DNA from: Nitrosopumilales archaeon
GTDB taxonomy: Archaea > Thermoproteota > Nitrososphaeria > Nitrososphaerales > Nitrososphaeraceae
DNA: 64,000 nt
Assembly: GCA_044507735.1 (NCBI GenBank)
Contig: JBIQJB010000002.1
Location: forward strand, 32,001-96,000
Reading direction: 5' to 3'
Shown one piece after another: positions 1 to 10,966 of the stretch; positions within the stretch are counted from its first letter, which is position 1; each line of letters opens with the position of its first letter. The notes beneath the pieces were generated by a model. That model was not told the DNA's origin, did no database searches, and saw nothing but the letters and a program-made list of their open reading frames with translations. Made by a program: the position numbers and the translations under genes.

Positions 1-1203
1 CATGTTTGGTATCATGATGTTCGAGACTCGCCTGTATGCCTGCTGCCTCGCTTCCTCTGTAGTGTTGCCCGACCCTGTCACCACAAGAGTATATCCTGAC
101 CTTCCCGCGATCCGCCAGTCGTTTCCATCTCTCTTTACCTCACCAAGATGAATCCCCTCTAAATTCTGGGTTTTGAAGAGGATGGTGGCATCTTCGGAAA
201 ACTTTCTGAATGTCTTGTCATCATTGAATGGGAATGGTGGGACTGCGATCACGACTCCTACCTGAAATCCTCTCTTGGTGATCAGTTCGATATTGTCTTC
301 CCCATTTGCAAGCGAGTAAAGGAACTTGCCCCAATTGTTTGTGATACCTTCCATCTGGATGGATATGGTCGGATATCCAAAGCGAGAGGTGAACTCAAGC
401 GGATATATGCCAGTTCCGTTTGCTATGCAGTTCACGTCAATATATCCGACATAGCCTGAGGCCGAGAGCATCGGCTTCATTTTTTCAAGCGTCAGCTCGA
501 ATATCCTGCTGTTTTGTATCCAGAGCATTAGTGTCCCCATTTCGCCCGTGCTAGGGCCGATGTTGCCTGGGAACAGGCGTTTGTGCTCAAAGTTAATGTT
601 TATGGGTCTGACAAAATCCTTCCCGTTAAAGAATGCGCCCGCTGCCACCTCAACACCGGATGAAAACTGCTGAATCTGGAATATCTTGATCTTGTTGGAC
701 CAGTACTTCTTGTAGTGGGCAAGGACGTTTATGACATCGTTACCATCTTCTTCCTGTCCGACGAAGAGAAGCTCTTTTTCGTTCTGTGCCTTTCCACTGG
801 GCTTTATGACGTATCTGCCGGGATTGCTTTGGACAAACTTGATGGCTTCTTCGAAATCAGAAAAGTTCCAGTTGGGAAGTACTGACACACCGGCTTTCAC
901 AAGCTCTTGCTGGCCGAATTCTCTCTCATTTTCCAGTCTGTCAGTGTATGCGCTGCCGCCGATAACCTTCTTGCCTTCCGACCTGAGCTTGTCAGCTGTC
1001 CGCCCAAGGCCAATGTCGTCAAAAACAATTACGTCGGCCCAGTCGATCTGGTCCTCCCAAGTGCTTACCTTTTCTACAAATCCGTCCCCGACATCCTTTT
1101 CAGTTGGACTGTGAATGAAGAATTTTACTTCATTGCCTTCCTGTGTCACGACGTAGGCGAGATCCACGCTTAGAGCTTCTGGCGACACAAAAAGGAACTT
1201 CAC
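1..1203 (-). CDS. PurD-like ATP-grasp protein (phosphoribosylamine-glycine ligase family), runs off the window edge
   Basis: Not in ORF track. Manual translation from GTG at 1203: MKFLFVSPEALSVDLAY...YVIKPSGKA...NFEHKRLFPGNIGPSTGEMG...LEFTSRFGYP. The HKR..GP.TGEMG and EF..RFG motifs are PurD-type ATP-grasp signatures. Confidence 0.8.
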   Translation of the reverse strand, partial: MKFLFVSPEALSVDLAYVVTQEGNEVKFFIHSPTEKDVGDGFVEKVSTWEDQIDWADVIVFDDIGLGRTADKLRSEGKKVIGGSAYTDRLENEREFGQQELVKAGVSVLPNWNFSDFEEAIKFVQSNPGRYVIKPSGKAQNEKELLFVGQEEDGNDVINVLAHYKKYWSNKIKIFQIQQFSSGVEVAAGAFFNGKDFVRPININFEHKRLFPGNIGPSTGEMGTLMLWIQNSRIFELTLEKMKPMLSASGYVGYIDVNCIANGTGIYPLEFTSRFGYPTISIQMEGITNNWGKFLYSLANGEDNIELITKRGFQVGVVIAVPPFPFNDDKTFRKFSEDATILFKTQNLEGIHLGEVKRDGNDWRIAGRSGYTLVVTGSGNTTEEARQQAYRRVSNIMIPNM

Positions 1204-1290
1204 GCCCTTTGTACAGCAGCGCAGTAATTTAAAAAGTATTTTTGAGTAGACTAGCAATTCTTTAATAGAGTCGCACTCTCTTTCATACGC

Positions 1291-1530
1291 ATGGCTGAAG
1301 CATACGTGCTTATCAACTGCGATCTTGGAACCGAAGATGGAGTAATCAAGGAGCTGAAATCGATAAATGGAGTTTCAGAAGTAAAAGGAGTGTTTGGCGT
1401 TTATGATGTGATCGCAAAAGTGAATGCGCCTTCAGAGAGCGACATAAAAAAATTGATTGCAAAAATACGCTCAATGGATAGCATCAAATCGAGCCTTACG
1501 ATGATGGTAATCGAAGGTCAAGGGGACTAG
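1291..1530 (+). CDS. Lrp/AsnC ligand-binding (RAM) domain protein
   Basis: AYVLINC...GVFGVYDVIAKV pattern; stand-alone RAM domain typical of Thaumarchaeota; TTTAAT about 30 nt upstream. Confidence 0.9.
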   Translation: MAEAYVLINCDLGTEDGVIKELKSINGVSEVKGVFGVYDVIAKVNAPSESDIKKLIAKIRSMDSIKSSLTMMVIEGQGD

Positions 1531-2196
1531 AATCCCAAGAGATTTCAAATTCATTTTTGCCTCGATCCTCATTTTTCTGCTTGTAATATGAATGTAGGAT
1601 GACCTTGCGTAGAATAACGGTCATCACGGTGTTTGACCCGTCAGAAGCTTTTGTTCCTGCGATCATTTTCCAATATGGTTCCACCTTGTTGCTTTCAAAA
1701 TAACGGGAAGATCCAAATCAGAAATTTCCATCAACCCGTTCGTTCCAAAGCTGGCATGACTTGGGGATAGTGCAAGAATCTTGCTCACAAGTCAGACCAT
1801 CTTCGTACAAATGCATATGCAGTCTGCCGCTGCTGTACTTCAATTGTAAGTTGTGGTGAACTCGCATGATTCAGCCTGTTTGCTGAGTTAGTTGCTTTTC
1901 GCTTGATTGCTGCAATCGCACGCAGGCAAGTCGCGGGGTATTGTACGAGAGAAATAGCAAACCCTGCATTCTTGCAAGCGCGAAGCCGCGCAAGAGCATT
2001 GATAGGACAGGCTTGATGTCTGTACACACACGCACACCCTTCATTCAAAGGTGTGATGACAGAAGCCGCTATCTTGCAGAGGAGGCCACCTTGAACGCGA
2101 TCCTCGTGTCAGTGCTTCTATTATTGCCATTAAGGGCACAGCCGTCCTGTTGAAACTTGTCTGATCTTGGAAAGATGCCAGCCAGTCTCAAGAGCA

Positions 2197-3021
2197 CTAT
2201 GCAGGATTCGCCTTGTCTAGAATCACGACCGCCCACGTGTTTGGATGTGCTCTTACTGGTGCAAACCTTGCGCTCATCTCAATTCCGTCAAACACTTCGA
2301 TTATCGTTCCCGATTCTCCTGACAGCGCCCTACGGACGCTTTCAAGTTGCGAAAATGATTGCAACTCTGTCAGCGGACCTGTGTTGCCAGTATCTATGAC
2401 TTCTGTCGCATTGTGATCGACTACTAGTATGCGTGATTCACCGGCTATTTTCTCTAGGTCGGACTTGAAATCGTCAAGGTTTACAATTGCAACCCAATAG
2501 CCTGTGATGTCAGTCTGTGCATCAGCATAGACCGGTACAGCAGCCGCAATGGCAGGAACGTGGATTGCCGCCGAGATGAAGACAGAGCTTACGTATGACT
2601 CTCCTGTGGAGCTGGCCCCTCTGTACCAATCCCTGTCGGCATAGTTGAGCCGGGGGAGCTGCTCTTGCTGATCGTAAGGCTCTCCAAGATAAATATCCCC
2701 GCTTGGGGTAAGGAAGAAAATGCTGCCAAACTCCGGATGTTCAGACAACAACTGCTTTGCAATCTCTCTCTTGGCGGGATCTGAATCCTTCGGAATACCC
2801 ATCTGTGCCACATCGATGGCGTCAATAAAGTCCGTCCTCTTTACTTCATCAAGCTTGCTCGTCTCCTCCATCGGCCTGATGGCATTATTTATCATGTTTT
2901 CGACATTGGCAACTACGACATTTGTAGGAACTTCTCTCTGAGTATCATATGACTCTGAGAATCCGAGCAACAGTCCCAAGACAGCAAAAACGCCGACGAT
3001 AATGACAATGGTTGACTTCAC
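2197..3021 (-). CDS. Stand-alone extracellular Cache (dCache_1-like) sensor-domain protein
   Basis: N-terminal hydrophobic anchor; NYADRDWY...YVSSVFISA...AVPV Cache motif; ends WAVVIL with no second TM or output domain. Confidence 0.8.
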   Translation of the reverse strand: MKSTIVIIVGVFAVLGLLLGFSESYDTQREVPTNVVVANVENMINNAIRPMEETSKLDEVKRTDFIDAIDVAQMGIPKDSDPAKREIAKQLLSEHPEFGSIFFLTPSGDIYLGEPYDQQEQLPRLNYADRDWYRGASSTGESYVSSVFISAAIHVPAIAAAVPVYADAQTDITGYWVAIVNLDDFKSDLEKIAGESRILVVDHNATEVIDTGNTGPLTELQSFSQLESVRRALSGESGTIIEVFDGIEMSARFAPVRAHPNTWAVVILDKANPA

Positions 3022-3429
3022 TGGACGAGAGCGAATTCTGCTCTTTATAAACTGAACTATGACTATGGCGGAGGCTTTATTAGAATGGACTCTGAGACGT
3101 CACAAAACCACAATGTTAATCGAGGATATCTCGGACAACTGCTGCCGATGGCAATTGGTTGGATAGGCATGATAATAGAACCTGATTTTTACCACCTGAA
3201 AACATGCCGGGTCTCGTTCGGTTGTCATGTATTGCTTGTAATAAGGTGCGCGCTACCCCCCGGCGTGGTTCTAGGATTCAGGTTGTCGGTTCTTATCTGA
3301 CCGAATAGCTCGAGGTAAGATGTTGTCCTTTGGGCATACTCTACTAAATGCAACAACTGCTTTTGCCTCTATCTCCGTTGATTCGTGACTTTGGGATTGC
3401 AAACAAGTCTGGTGGAATATTTCCAAAAC

Positions 3430-4761
3430 TCATTGCGAATCAATTATGAGCGTATCACGACTCAGATGCTTGTAGAATCCAACAATGTTGGTATCATAAA
3501 CAACTTTATCTCCGATCAGCAGAGTACCAGAATCTTCAATTCTTGCCACGTTTGTTCCCCTTTCCCCTCTTATTTCATGTTCGTCAAAAGTTTGATTTCT
3601 TATGATAATTGAAGATCCTCGAGTCAAATAGTACTCAAATTCTACACCGGCGAACTCGTTGTTCTCTACAATATTGTCATGACTCCTAATCGTTGCAATG
3701 CCGTGCTTTGCTCCTCTTATGGAGTTGTCGTGCACGATGTTATCAGAAGTTACGCCATCATCAGGGTTCTGCGGCGAGAATAGAGATACTCCTCTTTTGG
3801 CGGCTTCTATCTTATTTCCCGTTATCTCGTTTTCTTGTGACTCTGATACTAAGATACCAGTTACTTCATTGTATACAGTATTGTTTCTTATGATTGAATC
3901 ATGCGTGCCTCTTGAAAGGAATATGCCCGATTTACGGTTATCGTGTACATGGTTTCCTTCGATAACGATGTGGCTGCAATCAAATGAACATATTACTCCT
4001 ATGGGGTTATGATGAAGGTGATTGTTTGTTATCACCATGTGATTTGTCCCTGTATGGGGATCTAGGGCATATTTTACATTGTCGTAAAACTCGCTGCCGT
4101 TAACTAGTATGTCCGAAGCCTCTCTGGAATAGAACGCCATCCACATCTGGTGGAACTTGCTATTTAAGATTGTGATATTGTGGGAGGGCTCACCAAAAAC
4201 ATCAAAGCCTCTCTTCCCGGGTTCATTGTAGCCCAAATAGCGAAGCTCTGAATTCTTTATCAGAACTGCATCGCTTTCCCTGATCCTCACAAACGCACGC
4301 TCATCTGAGCCAAATGGATTCTGGCCTATTTCTCCTCCATTCTCGCTACTCCATGATGTTATTGTGGAATTGTGAACATTCAATCTTCCACCATCAATTA
4401 TGATGCCCTGGGAGTCCGTTATTTTCAGCCACGAGCCTGCGGTGTCAATGGTCAGGGTGGAACCATTGGTGACATACATGTTCGCATCGAGGATCCATTC
4501 GCTACCGTTAGTCATAAGAACCGAGGTTTCGCCGCGGTCATCCGCTATGTCAGTGTAGATTGAGTCAAGGTCAGAGTCGCATTCAACCAGAATGGTGTTG
4601 GTATCGTGATCGTACGAAATACACGACTGGTTCTCGGACAGCTGCGCAAATGTCATATCAAACGGAGAGAACATCAGAAAGGAACTTATGCCCAAAATTA
4701 GCTGCAAAATGAAGAAACTTGACATTATTCTTACCTGAAGGAAATAGGAGCTGGAACGCAT
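3430..4761 (-). CDS. Secreted right-handed beta-helix protein (NosD/AlgG mannuronan epimerase-like)
   Basis: Signal peptide; ELRYLGY, YALDPHTGT (AlgG-like DPH), repeated N.vhdN..GI beta-helix turns. Confidence 0.8.
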   Translation of the reverse strand: MRSSSYFLQVRIMSSFFILQLILGISSFLMFSPFDMTFAQLSENQSCISYDHDTNTILVECDSDLDSIYTDIADDRGETSVLMTNGSEWILDANMYVTNGSTLTIDTAGSWLKITDSQGIIIDGGRLNVHNSTITSWSSENGGEIGQNPFGSDERAFVRIRESDAVLIKNSELRYLGYNEPGKRGFDVFGEPSHNITILNSKFHQMWMAFYSREASDILVNGSEFYDNVKYALDPHTGTNHMVITNNHLHHNPIGVICSFDCSHIVIEGNHVHDNRKSGIFLSRGTHDSIIRNNTVYNEVTGILVSESQENEITGNKIEAAKRGVSLFSPQNPDDGVTSDNIVHDNSIRGAKHGIATIRSHDNIVENNEFAGVEFEYYLTRGSSIIIRNQTFDEHEIRGERGTNVARIEDSGTLLIGDKVVYDTNIVGFYKHLSRDTLIIDSQ

Positions 4762-5940
4762 TCTTATGGAGTATCTTTGATAGTTCGGAAAAATAGCATA
4801 AAGCAGTGGTACGCGTATTGTTCATTCTATCTGAATCCGGCTAGATTTTCGATGGAGAGGATCCATAATTCACCATTCGCATGGAGAGTTGGTGCCTAGA
4901 AGAACCTAATGTGAAATGTGTCGGTACACCATCTCTCAAGACAATTCGGAGTTTAACCACCACAAGTATTGCTCAATGCCAAGCGGATCTATCTGCATAG
5001 TTGATGTGGCAGGGCTGCCAACAACCATGCGATTCGTCTCTTGAAACACACGCGAGATGGGTGCCCTCCTATACTCGTGCACAATATTTTCAGCTATGAT
5101 GGTATCCGACTCGGTACCATTCTCTAGAACTAATAACAGACTCGCATTGTCATTGAGATCTGTGTTCGCGAAGGATGGCCGACACAATGCCGATGAATAG
5201 ATAGAGACATTAGTCCAGAAGACAAGTCTCTCGCAAAGGTTAGAGCCATGCAAGATACGGAGAGAATGCCACTGCAGCTGAAACTGTTGGTGGTATAAGG
5301 ACAACTGGGCCGTAGGATTTGAATTTACAGACTAGTTGTATCTAGGAATGGGAGGCTTCAAATTCCTTGCTGGCATAAAATTGGCAGCATTGGCATAGAT
5401 CGCATTAATTGCCTGTTCGTAGACTCTTACACAAGAATATTTCGAACTTACGGAATCAAACGAATCTCTTGAATGGCCAAGAAGAATGATTGGCAAGCAT
5501 GGCGCATATGGAATTGTTAATCATAAATCGTCTTTTTCCAATTAGACAACAACTGGAAGCTTTTCCAATAGTTGGCAGCGATGGTGATGTGTCGCGACAT
5601 ACCAAAATCAACCTGGATACTTTAACAATCACGCCTGCACTCATGCCATATCGAGGAATGCCTTGGGGTTGGAGATTGTAGGATCGCTGAAAGAGTCTTA
5701 GTATTGAACAACAACTTGGTGGACAACGAATCAAGAATCATGTGTGGTTATGGTTGTAGCTGTCTTGCCTTGCCGCACGTCTTGATTGACCAAAAATGTG
5801 AATGGGAGAGGTGATGGATGGTCAGTCGAATCAACTAAAAAAAGAACAGGATGCAGCTGCGGCAGTCACTTGTGTGCCCACGCAATCCTGCAACTACTGC
5901 CAACTGCTGCACGCTAGTCAAGATGTAGCCTCCTTCCCCC

Positions 5941-7380
5941 TTAGGATGCCTCTGTAAAATCGAACTCTTGCATTTCGTTGTCTCCCCTTGGCGTTATTCT
6001 CATCAGGTCCCCTCCATAAAGCAACACATACAGGTAGCCGTCAGGTCCTACCTCGATGTCTGTTATGCTGTGGAATCCTGTACCAAAGATCACGCTGTCA
6101 AGCTCGGTATCGTTATCAGCCACTTTGTCTGCAAGCGGTCCATCAAGCATGAGCTCTGTTCTGCTTTCATTTAGATCAAAATGGTATAGTTTGCCACCAT
6201 TTATGTCGCCTACGAAAAGGTCGTTTTCATACTGCTCGCCAAGTGCTGTGGAATTCAGGAATTTGATGGCTGTTACGCCCACTGTGTCTTGCCAGACAAA
6301 TTCCGGATCGCTGTAATGACCCATTCCATTAAAGTCTACCAGGTCTTCATCTAGATCGACATCGTCGTTTTCTTCCGACGATGCCATTCCCTGTACATCT
6401 GCCCATCCGCTGTTGAATCCTGGCTCCACCAGGTTTATCTCGTCTCCATACTCTGGACCGTTCTCGGTGTCCCAGAGATTTCCAGTGACCGGATCAATGT
6501 CCAAACCGAAACTATTCCTTATGCCATATGCATAGTAGTAATGTCGAAAATCTGATTCGTCGTCACTTGAACCCAGTGGCGGATCAGGCAGCGGATTGCC
6601 TTCGATATCCACAGCAAGTATTCCGCCCGTTCTGTCAGGTGGAGTACCTCTTTCATAATTCTCAGATTGGCTCTTGTGATGATCCAAGTCTCCTATCATG
6701 AGATAGATTATTGGAGTTCTAGTCGTGGTGACGGAACTATCGCCATCGAAGATATCGTCACTCGTAGTGTCATTCATATATGATATCAACAGCGGGCCAC
6801 CGTTGTAGCGCGGTCCCGGTCTGGCAGGGAGATCTAGGAGCAGCTTTGGATTGATCAGTCTGCCGCCGTCTTCGCTGTCTACAAATTCATACCTGTAGAG
6901 GCGATTGCCAACTGGCACTATGCCGAGGGAGTCATCGCCATCTTGTCCTCCTCCCGATTCGGTAAAATAGAGAAATACGTAGGTAGTATCTCCACTCTTG
7001 TCTACCGCCATTCCAAGCAGCCCCCTTTCGTTTGTGTTGTTGTTATTTGCCACTTGGACATCGACAACCGGTGAATCTTGAATCTCGCCATCGATCACCC
7101 TGAGCACTCGACCCGTGTTCTTTTCGGCGACCAGGATGTCATCAGGCCCAAGAAAAGCCATTGCTGTCGGATATTCAAATTCGTCATCATCTTCAAGAAC
7201 ATTTTCTACCTCAAGATTCGGATCCGCTAGCTGCGTTCCAGAGGTACTGACAGGCAATGGTTCCAAAGAATCTTGATACGGAAAGAAATTACTGCCAATC
7301 GCCGATGGAATTAGCAGCGGACCGGTCACAAGAAACAAGGCACCAAATAGGGATAAGGTCTGTGGCGTTCTGATTGACAA
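5941..7380 (-). CDS. PQQ-dependent sugar (glucose/sorbosone) dehydrogenase family, secreted
   Basis: PTAMAFLGPDDILVAEK, ERGLLGMA, YAYGIRNSFG, WDTENGP, DEINLVEPGFNSGW, ITDIEVGPDGYLYV. Confidence 0.9.
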   Translation of the reverse strand: MSIRTPQTLSLFGALFLVTGPLLIPSAIGSNFFPYQDSLEPLPVSTSGTQLADPNLEVENVLEDDDEFEYPTAMAFLGPDDILVAEKNTGRVLRVIDGEIQDSPVVDVQVANNNNTNERGLLGMAVDKSGDTTYVFLYFTESGGGQDGDDSLGIVPVGNRLYRYEFVDSEDGGRLINPKLLLDLPARPGPRYNGGPLLISYMNDTTSDDIFDGDSSVTTTRTPIIYLMIGDLDHHKSQSENYERGTPPDRTGGILAVDIEGNPLPDPPLGSSDDESDFRHYYYAYGIRNSFGLDIDPVTGNLWDTENGPEYGDEINLVEPGFNSGWADVQGMASSEENDDVDLDEDLVDFNGMGHYSDPEFVWQDTVGVTAIKFLNSTALGEQYENDLFVGDINGGKLYHFDLNESRTELMLDGPLADKVADNDTELDSVIFGTGFHSITDIEVGPDGYLYVLLYGGDLMRITPRGDNEMQEFDFTEAS

Positions 7381-8159
7381 TGCAACATCGTGAATCTGAA
7401 CTATGGATTTATGTATTATGAAGTATGCCGTAATATGATTACTTGAGCAGAATCATTTATTGTCTTGTAGAAATCACATATTACAGATCAATCGTCAAGC
7501 CTGACAATGAGTAATGAACAATAACTAAGAAGATCTGGTTCAAAATCGAACGGATTCTTTCTATATGTGTGGAAGGATAGTACATATTTTTGCCGCAATT
7601 GTTCTTGAACAAGATTTCAACTGACACTGGAAATCCGTTACTCAATTGTTGCTGGGGATTACCTGGCATCTTGAAATCATGTCTGTTGTCTTGCTTCTGA
7701 AATCTGATGCGGTGTTTGGAAATGCCTGCGGCGTCATCAAGAAAACGAGCTGTATGCTGTAAAGTTTCAAAATGGGCCATCTTGTGATGTCTGATTTGTA
7801 GCGATTGTGCGTTGTCTACGCCTCTCCGCAGAATTTGTGCTTTTTATTTGGCCGGCGACATTGGTCAAAATGTCTCCAGTCATCTTATCAATGCAAACGG
7901 GATAGGATGTGTGATTTCTTGGACACCTGGCGGTGTTCTGCATCTTGCCTATGCAAACATCTAGCACAACAACATGATAGGGATCGAGTGCATCAAATCC
8001 GTTAGAGGCGCGCCCAGATTGCGTGTATGGTATCCGGGGCAAATAATGTCTCCGAATCCCTCATTGCAAGAACAACATTGTTTCCGCCCAACTCTGTTCC
8101 CACAAGAATCAACTCTCAGCGTTCTGGCTCAGATGATGTAGACTTGGTAGAGGAGCGCT

Positions 8160-8696
8160 CTAGTGAGCGTGAGGTGGCGGAGCGCTACCTTTTGCCAAAG
8201 CCTCATTGAATGTTCCAGATGCCTTTTCGTGGAATTCAAGATTTGACTGATCAACTTTGATTGCCTGTGGAGGGCATACTGATACACACGCCATGCACCA
8301 GATACAGTCGTGTTCCCTGATCGGGTCTGCTTTGTCGGTGTAGTCCTTGCGCTCTTCCTTGACAGTGCTACCGGTGCCCGCACTTGTGGCATTTACCATT
8401 TGTGTAGCAGGTGCATCATTTTCAGTTCTGTACCACTGGAATACTTGCACCGGGCAAGCTTCGATGCATGCACCGTCTGCAACACACGAGTCCCAGTCAA
8501 CTGCAACCATCGTACCGTGCACACCTACTGGCACAATCTCTTCACCTCTTGATTGGAAGGCTGCTCTTACTTCCTCATTCTCCGATGCTTCCTTCAAGGT
8601 ACCCGGACCCCATACAAAGTGAAAATGCTCTCCGTCCGAATGCATGTGCTTGCCTATGGGCTGGTGATTCTTCGGAAAGTCTGCATCAATTGGCAT
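8160..8696 (-). CDS. Zinc-containing (Zfx-type) dicluster ferredoxin
   Basis: His-rich N-terminal extension ending VWGPG; GVHGTMVAVDWDSCVADGACIEACP and CIWCMACVSVCP motifs. Confidence 0.9.
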   Translation of the reverse strand: MPIDADFPKNHQPIGKHMHSDGEHFHFVWGPGTLKEASENEEVRAAFQSRGEEIVPVGVHGTMVAVDWDSCVADGACIEACPVQVFQWYRTENDAPATQMVNATSAGTGSTVKEERKDYTDKADPIREHDCIWCMACVSVCPPQAIKVDQSNLEFHEKASGTFNEALAKGSAPPPHAH

Positions 8697-8738
8697 TGTG
8701 TGAAGTATAAAAAAACAAGGCTATTATGAGTTTCATAA

Positions 8739-8760
8739 GTTCGCCGGTCAACCGGCGAAC
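8739..8760. terminator. Perfect 10-bp inverted repeat between hsp20 stop and ferredoxin promoter
   Basis: GTTCGCCGGT-CA-ACCGGCGAAC, a few bases downstream of the hsp20 stop codon. Confidence 0.5.
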
Positions 8761-8765
8761 ACGGT

Positions 8766-9386
8766 TCAGTCGACCTTGATTTCCCTTCCTTTCGGCCGCG
8801 TTTTCTTGCTGAAGGTAATTTCAAGTATCCCATTCTTGTAGCCCGATTTTACAGAGTCGATATCTGCATCGGCTGGCAGATCGATTACTTTGCGGTATTT
8901 TCTTGCAGCATTTTCGCTCGTAGATATCTCGACCTGATTCTCAAAGGCATTTACTCTGATATCTTCTTTGTTTATGCCAGGCATTTCAACGACCACCTTG
9001 ACCTCTTTATCGGTTTTCACAACATCTGCTAGAGGCTCTCTTTCTGATGTGAGCAGAGGCATTCCTCCCGTAGCCCCAAAACTTGGCCTTAGATTCCCAA
9101 ATTCTCTTACATGTGGCTTGCCATCTGGTCCTATAGTGACGGAATAGCCATACACTATAGGTCCTATTTCTCTTACCTTGCCTCCTGCAGGAGTTTGATA
9201 TTCCCTAACCAAATCTTTGGGTAATCGCTCAACATCTTGAATTGTTTCCTCAAACATTCTCTCCATTTCTCTTCTCATCTCTTCGAATTCGCTTAGGAAG
9301 CTCCTGCGGCTGCCAGAACCAAACCACCCTCTACCTCCTGCGAATCTCCTGAACCAATCATCAGGTTCTCTGCTCCATGAGCTCAT
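8766..9386 (-). CDS. hsp20: Archaeal small heat-shock protein Hsp20
   Basis: GPIVYGYSVTIGPDGKPHVREFGN, REPLADV, VEMPGINKEDI, YKNGILEI. Confidence 0.95.
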   Translation of the reverse strand: MSSWSREPDDWFRRFAGGRGWFGSGSRRSFLSEFEEMRREMERMFEETIQDVERLPKDLVREYQTPAGGKVREIGPIVYGYSVTIGPDGKPHVREFGNLRPSFGATGGMPLLTSEREPLADVVKTDKEVKVVVEMPGINKEDIRVNAFENQVEISTSENAARKYRKVIDLPADADIDSVKSGYKNGILEITFSKKTRPKGREIKVD

Positions 9387-9859
9387 CTAGTATTCCACCA
9401 ATGCAAACTTGTTGACAAGCAATTTACGCGTTGACGTTAGGGTTACTCTAAGTTTCTTCATGATTTCCTGACCATGTTAATGGGTCAAAAAAATGTACAT
9501 GCAAATTGAATTGGTGCTAACTATATTTAGCGCGACAGGCAAAAAAGCCAGACAAATGCTTAAGGCAAAATTTTGAGCACAACTGGCGCCAGGGTGATTA
9601 ATCCTTCTTTCTTGGCATAATGTGGCAAACATTCTGACAAAGCGATAACCAATGCGCAAAATCGCGATCTGATCATCATGGCTACCCGTATAATTTCTCA
9701 CGCCATCAACTCATCAGGAAATCTGTGGCGAGGCATTATTGTATCACACCCAGAAACTCTTTGCGATTGTGTGTGAAGAGAAACTCTCATCTTCGTGTTC
9801 TTGATGTCCTTATCTGGTCTGATGTGTGGAATGGTTGATCCTCCCATGACTTGCTGGTA

Positions 9860-10156
9860 TCATGGGTGGGATTGAATGTGAGCTGACAACATTAATTCGG
9901 AATTCTTGTAATTTGGCCGATCCTCTACAACTATTTCATTGCGATGGGGGCTTATTATGGACAGTACTATGGCACACGCTTCATGATAGTACTTTCTATG
10001 TTTGCCATTGGAAATAATGTTATCAGTTGGCTTGAAGTCTCGTTTGCAATGTCTGCACAATCCATCCTGTTTTCTGTCAATCTCATTGATTATACGCGCC
10101 CGGATCTTGTGGTTTGAAATGTCTATTATCCGCGGCATATTGGAATATGATGACAT
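9860..10156 (-). CDS. Small putative zinc-finger protein
   Basis: CRHC...YYHEAC (C-x2-C...H-x2-C) pattern. Confidence 0.55.
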   Translation of the reverse strand: MSSYSNMPRIIDISNHKIRARIINEIDRKQDGLCRHCKRDFKPTDNIISNGKHRKYYHEACAIVLSIISPHRNEIVVEDRPNYKNSELMLSAHIQSHP

Positions 10157-10786
10157 ATTGCTGCAATACTGACTCGCATATTCTTTAGCTTATTGGTGAG
10201 TAGCGCCATAAGAAATAACGAAACGTGCCCTTCGTCTGCATGTAGTGTAAGAAGTTGCTTCAACTACGTATTGCAATAATATCTAGCGCTTTTCATGCAC
10301 TGACATAAAGACAGAAGATGAATAGTGGCCGAAAAATAGTGATCCTTGCCATGACTTTTGACATACCGTCTGCGGACCTTTCAATAGATTTCTCCGGGCA
10401 ATCACGTACCGAGATTTCGATTCCAATACCCTGTACTAGCCATTGGTCTTGTATGGGTTTGGGATTTATGATCGCCGTAATTTCGACACGTCATAATCCG
10501 GTAACGATGACGTCGTGGCCTTCTTCAACAGTGTGGATAGGGACAACTATGAAAGCTTAGCGTAAATGGATGTGATTTTGGAAGTCCTGATCGATCTGGC
10601 TGTGTGTGTGAGTGCTTTCGGAATTTGACATTTACTTATCTGAGGAGATAAGAACGATATCTTGTTGCATCTGTTCTAGTCCCCAAACAGCGTGAATCTA
10701 AATCGAGATTCTTAAGATATCGTAACAGTACCCTATGATTGAGGCGCACTCTTTTTTAATGATTCGTGCGATACAGTCATGCAAGT

Positions 10787-10966
10787 ATGGCAAAAGCGAA
10801 ATACGTTGCTGAAATGGAACTTAAGCAAGAAATCTTTGAAAAGGCGACGGCAATCGCTAATAGGTACGGCTACAAGCTGACAGGTTCTGCCTCGAATTCG
10901 ACTGGTCGTGGTTTTAGGATTCACATGCTTGTTTCACCGACGGATAAGACGTTTCATCGCAGATAG
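10787..10966 (+). CDS. Small hypothetical protein (59 aa)
   Basis: ATG at 10787 about 27 nt after TTTTTTAAT; protein-like composition MAKAKYVAEMELKQEIF. Confidence 0.5.
   Translation: MAKAKYVAEMELKQEIFEKATAIANRYGYKLTGSASNSTGRGFRIHMLVSPTDKTFHRR

Noticed and set aside
731-1173. Plus-strand ORFs of 127 and 88 aa
   Set aside because: Antisense shadows of the PurD-like gene; the same applies to most short track ORFs overlapping confident genes.
4936-5734. Short ORFs that might be a degraded gene
   Set aside because: No recognisable motif in the frames I translated.
9400-9455. GTTGAC direct repeat and TTAGGGTTACTCTAA near-palindrome upstream of hsp20 as a heat-shock operator
   Set aside because: Short and imperfect; does not match CIRCE or the archaeal heat-shock boxes I know.
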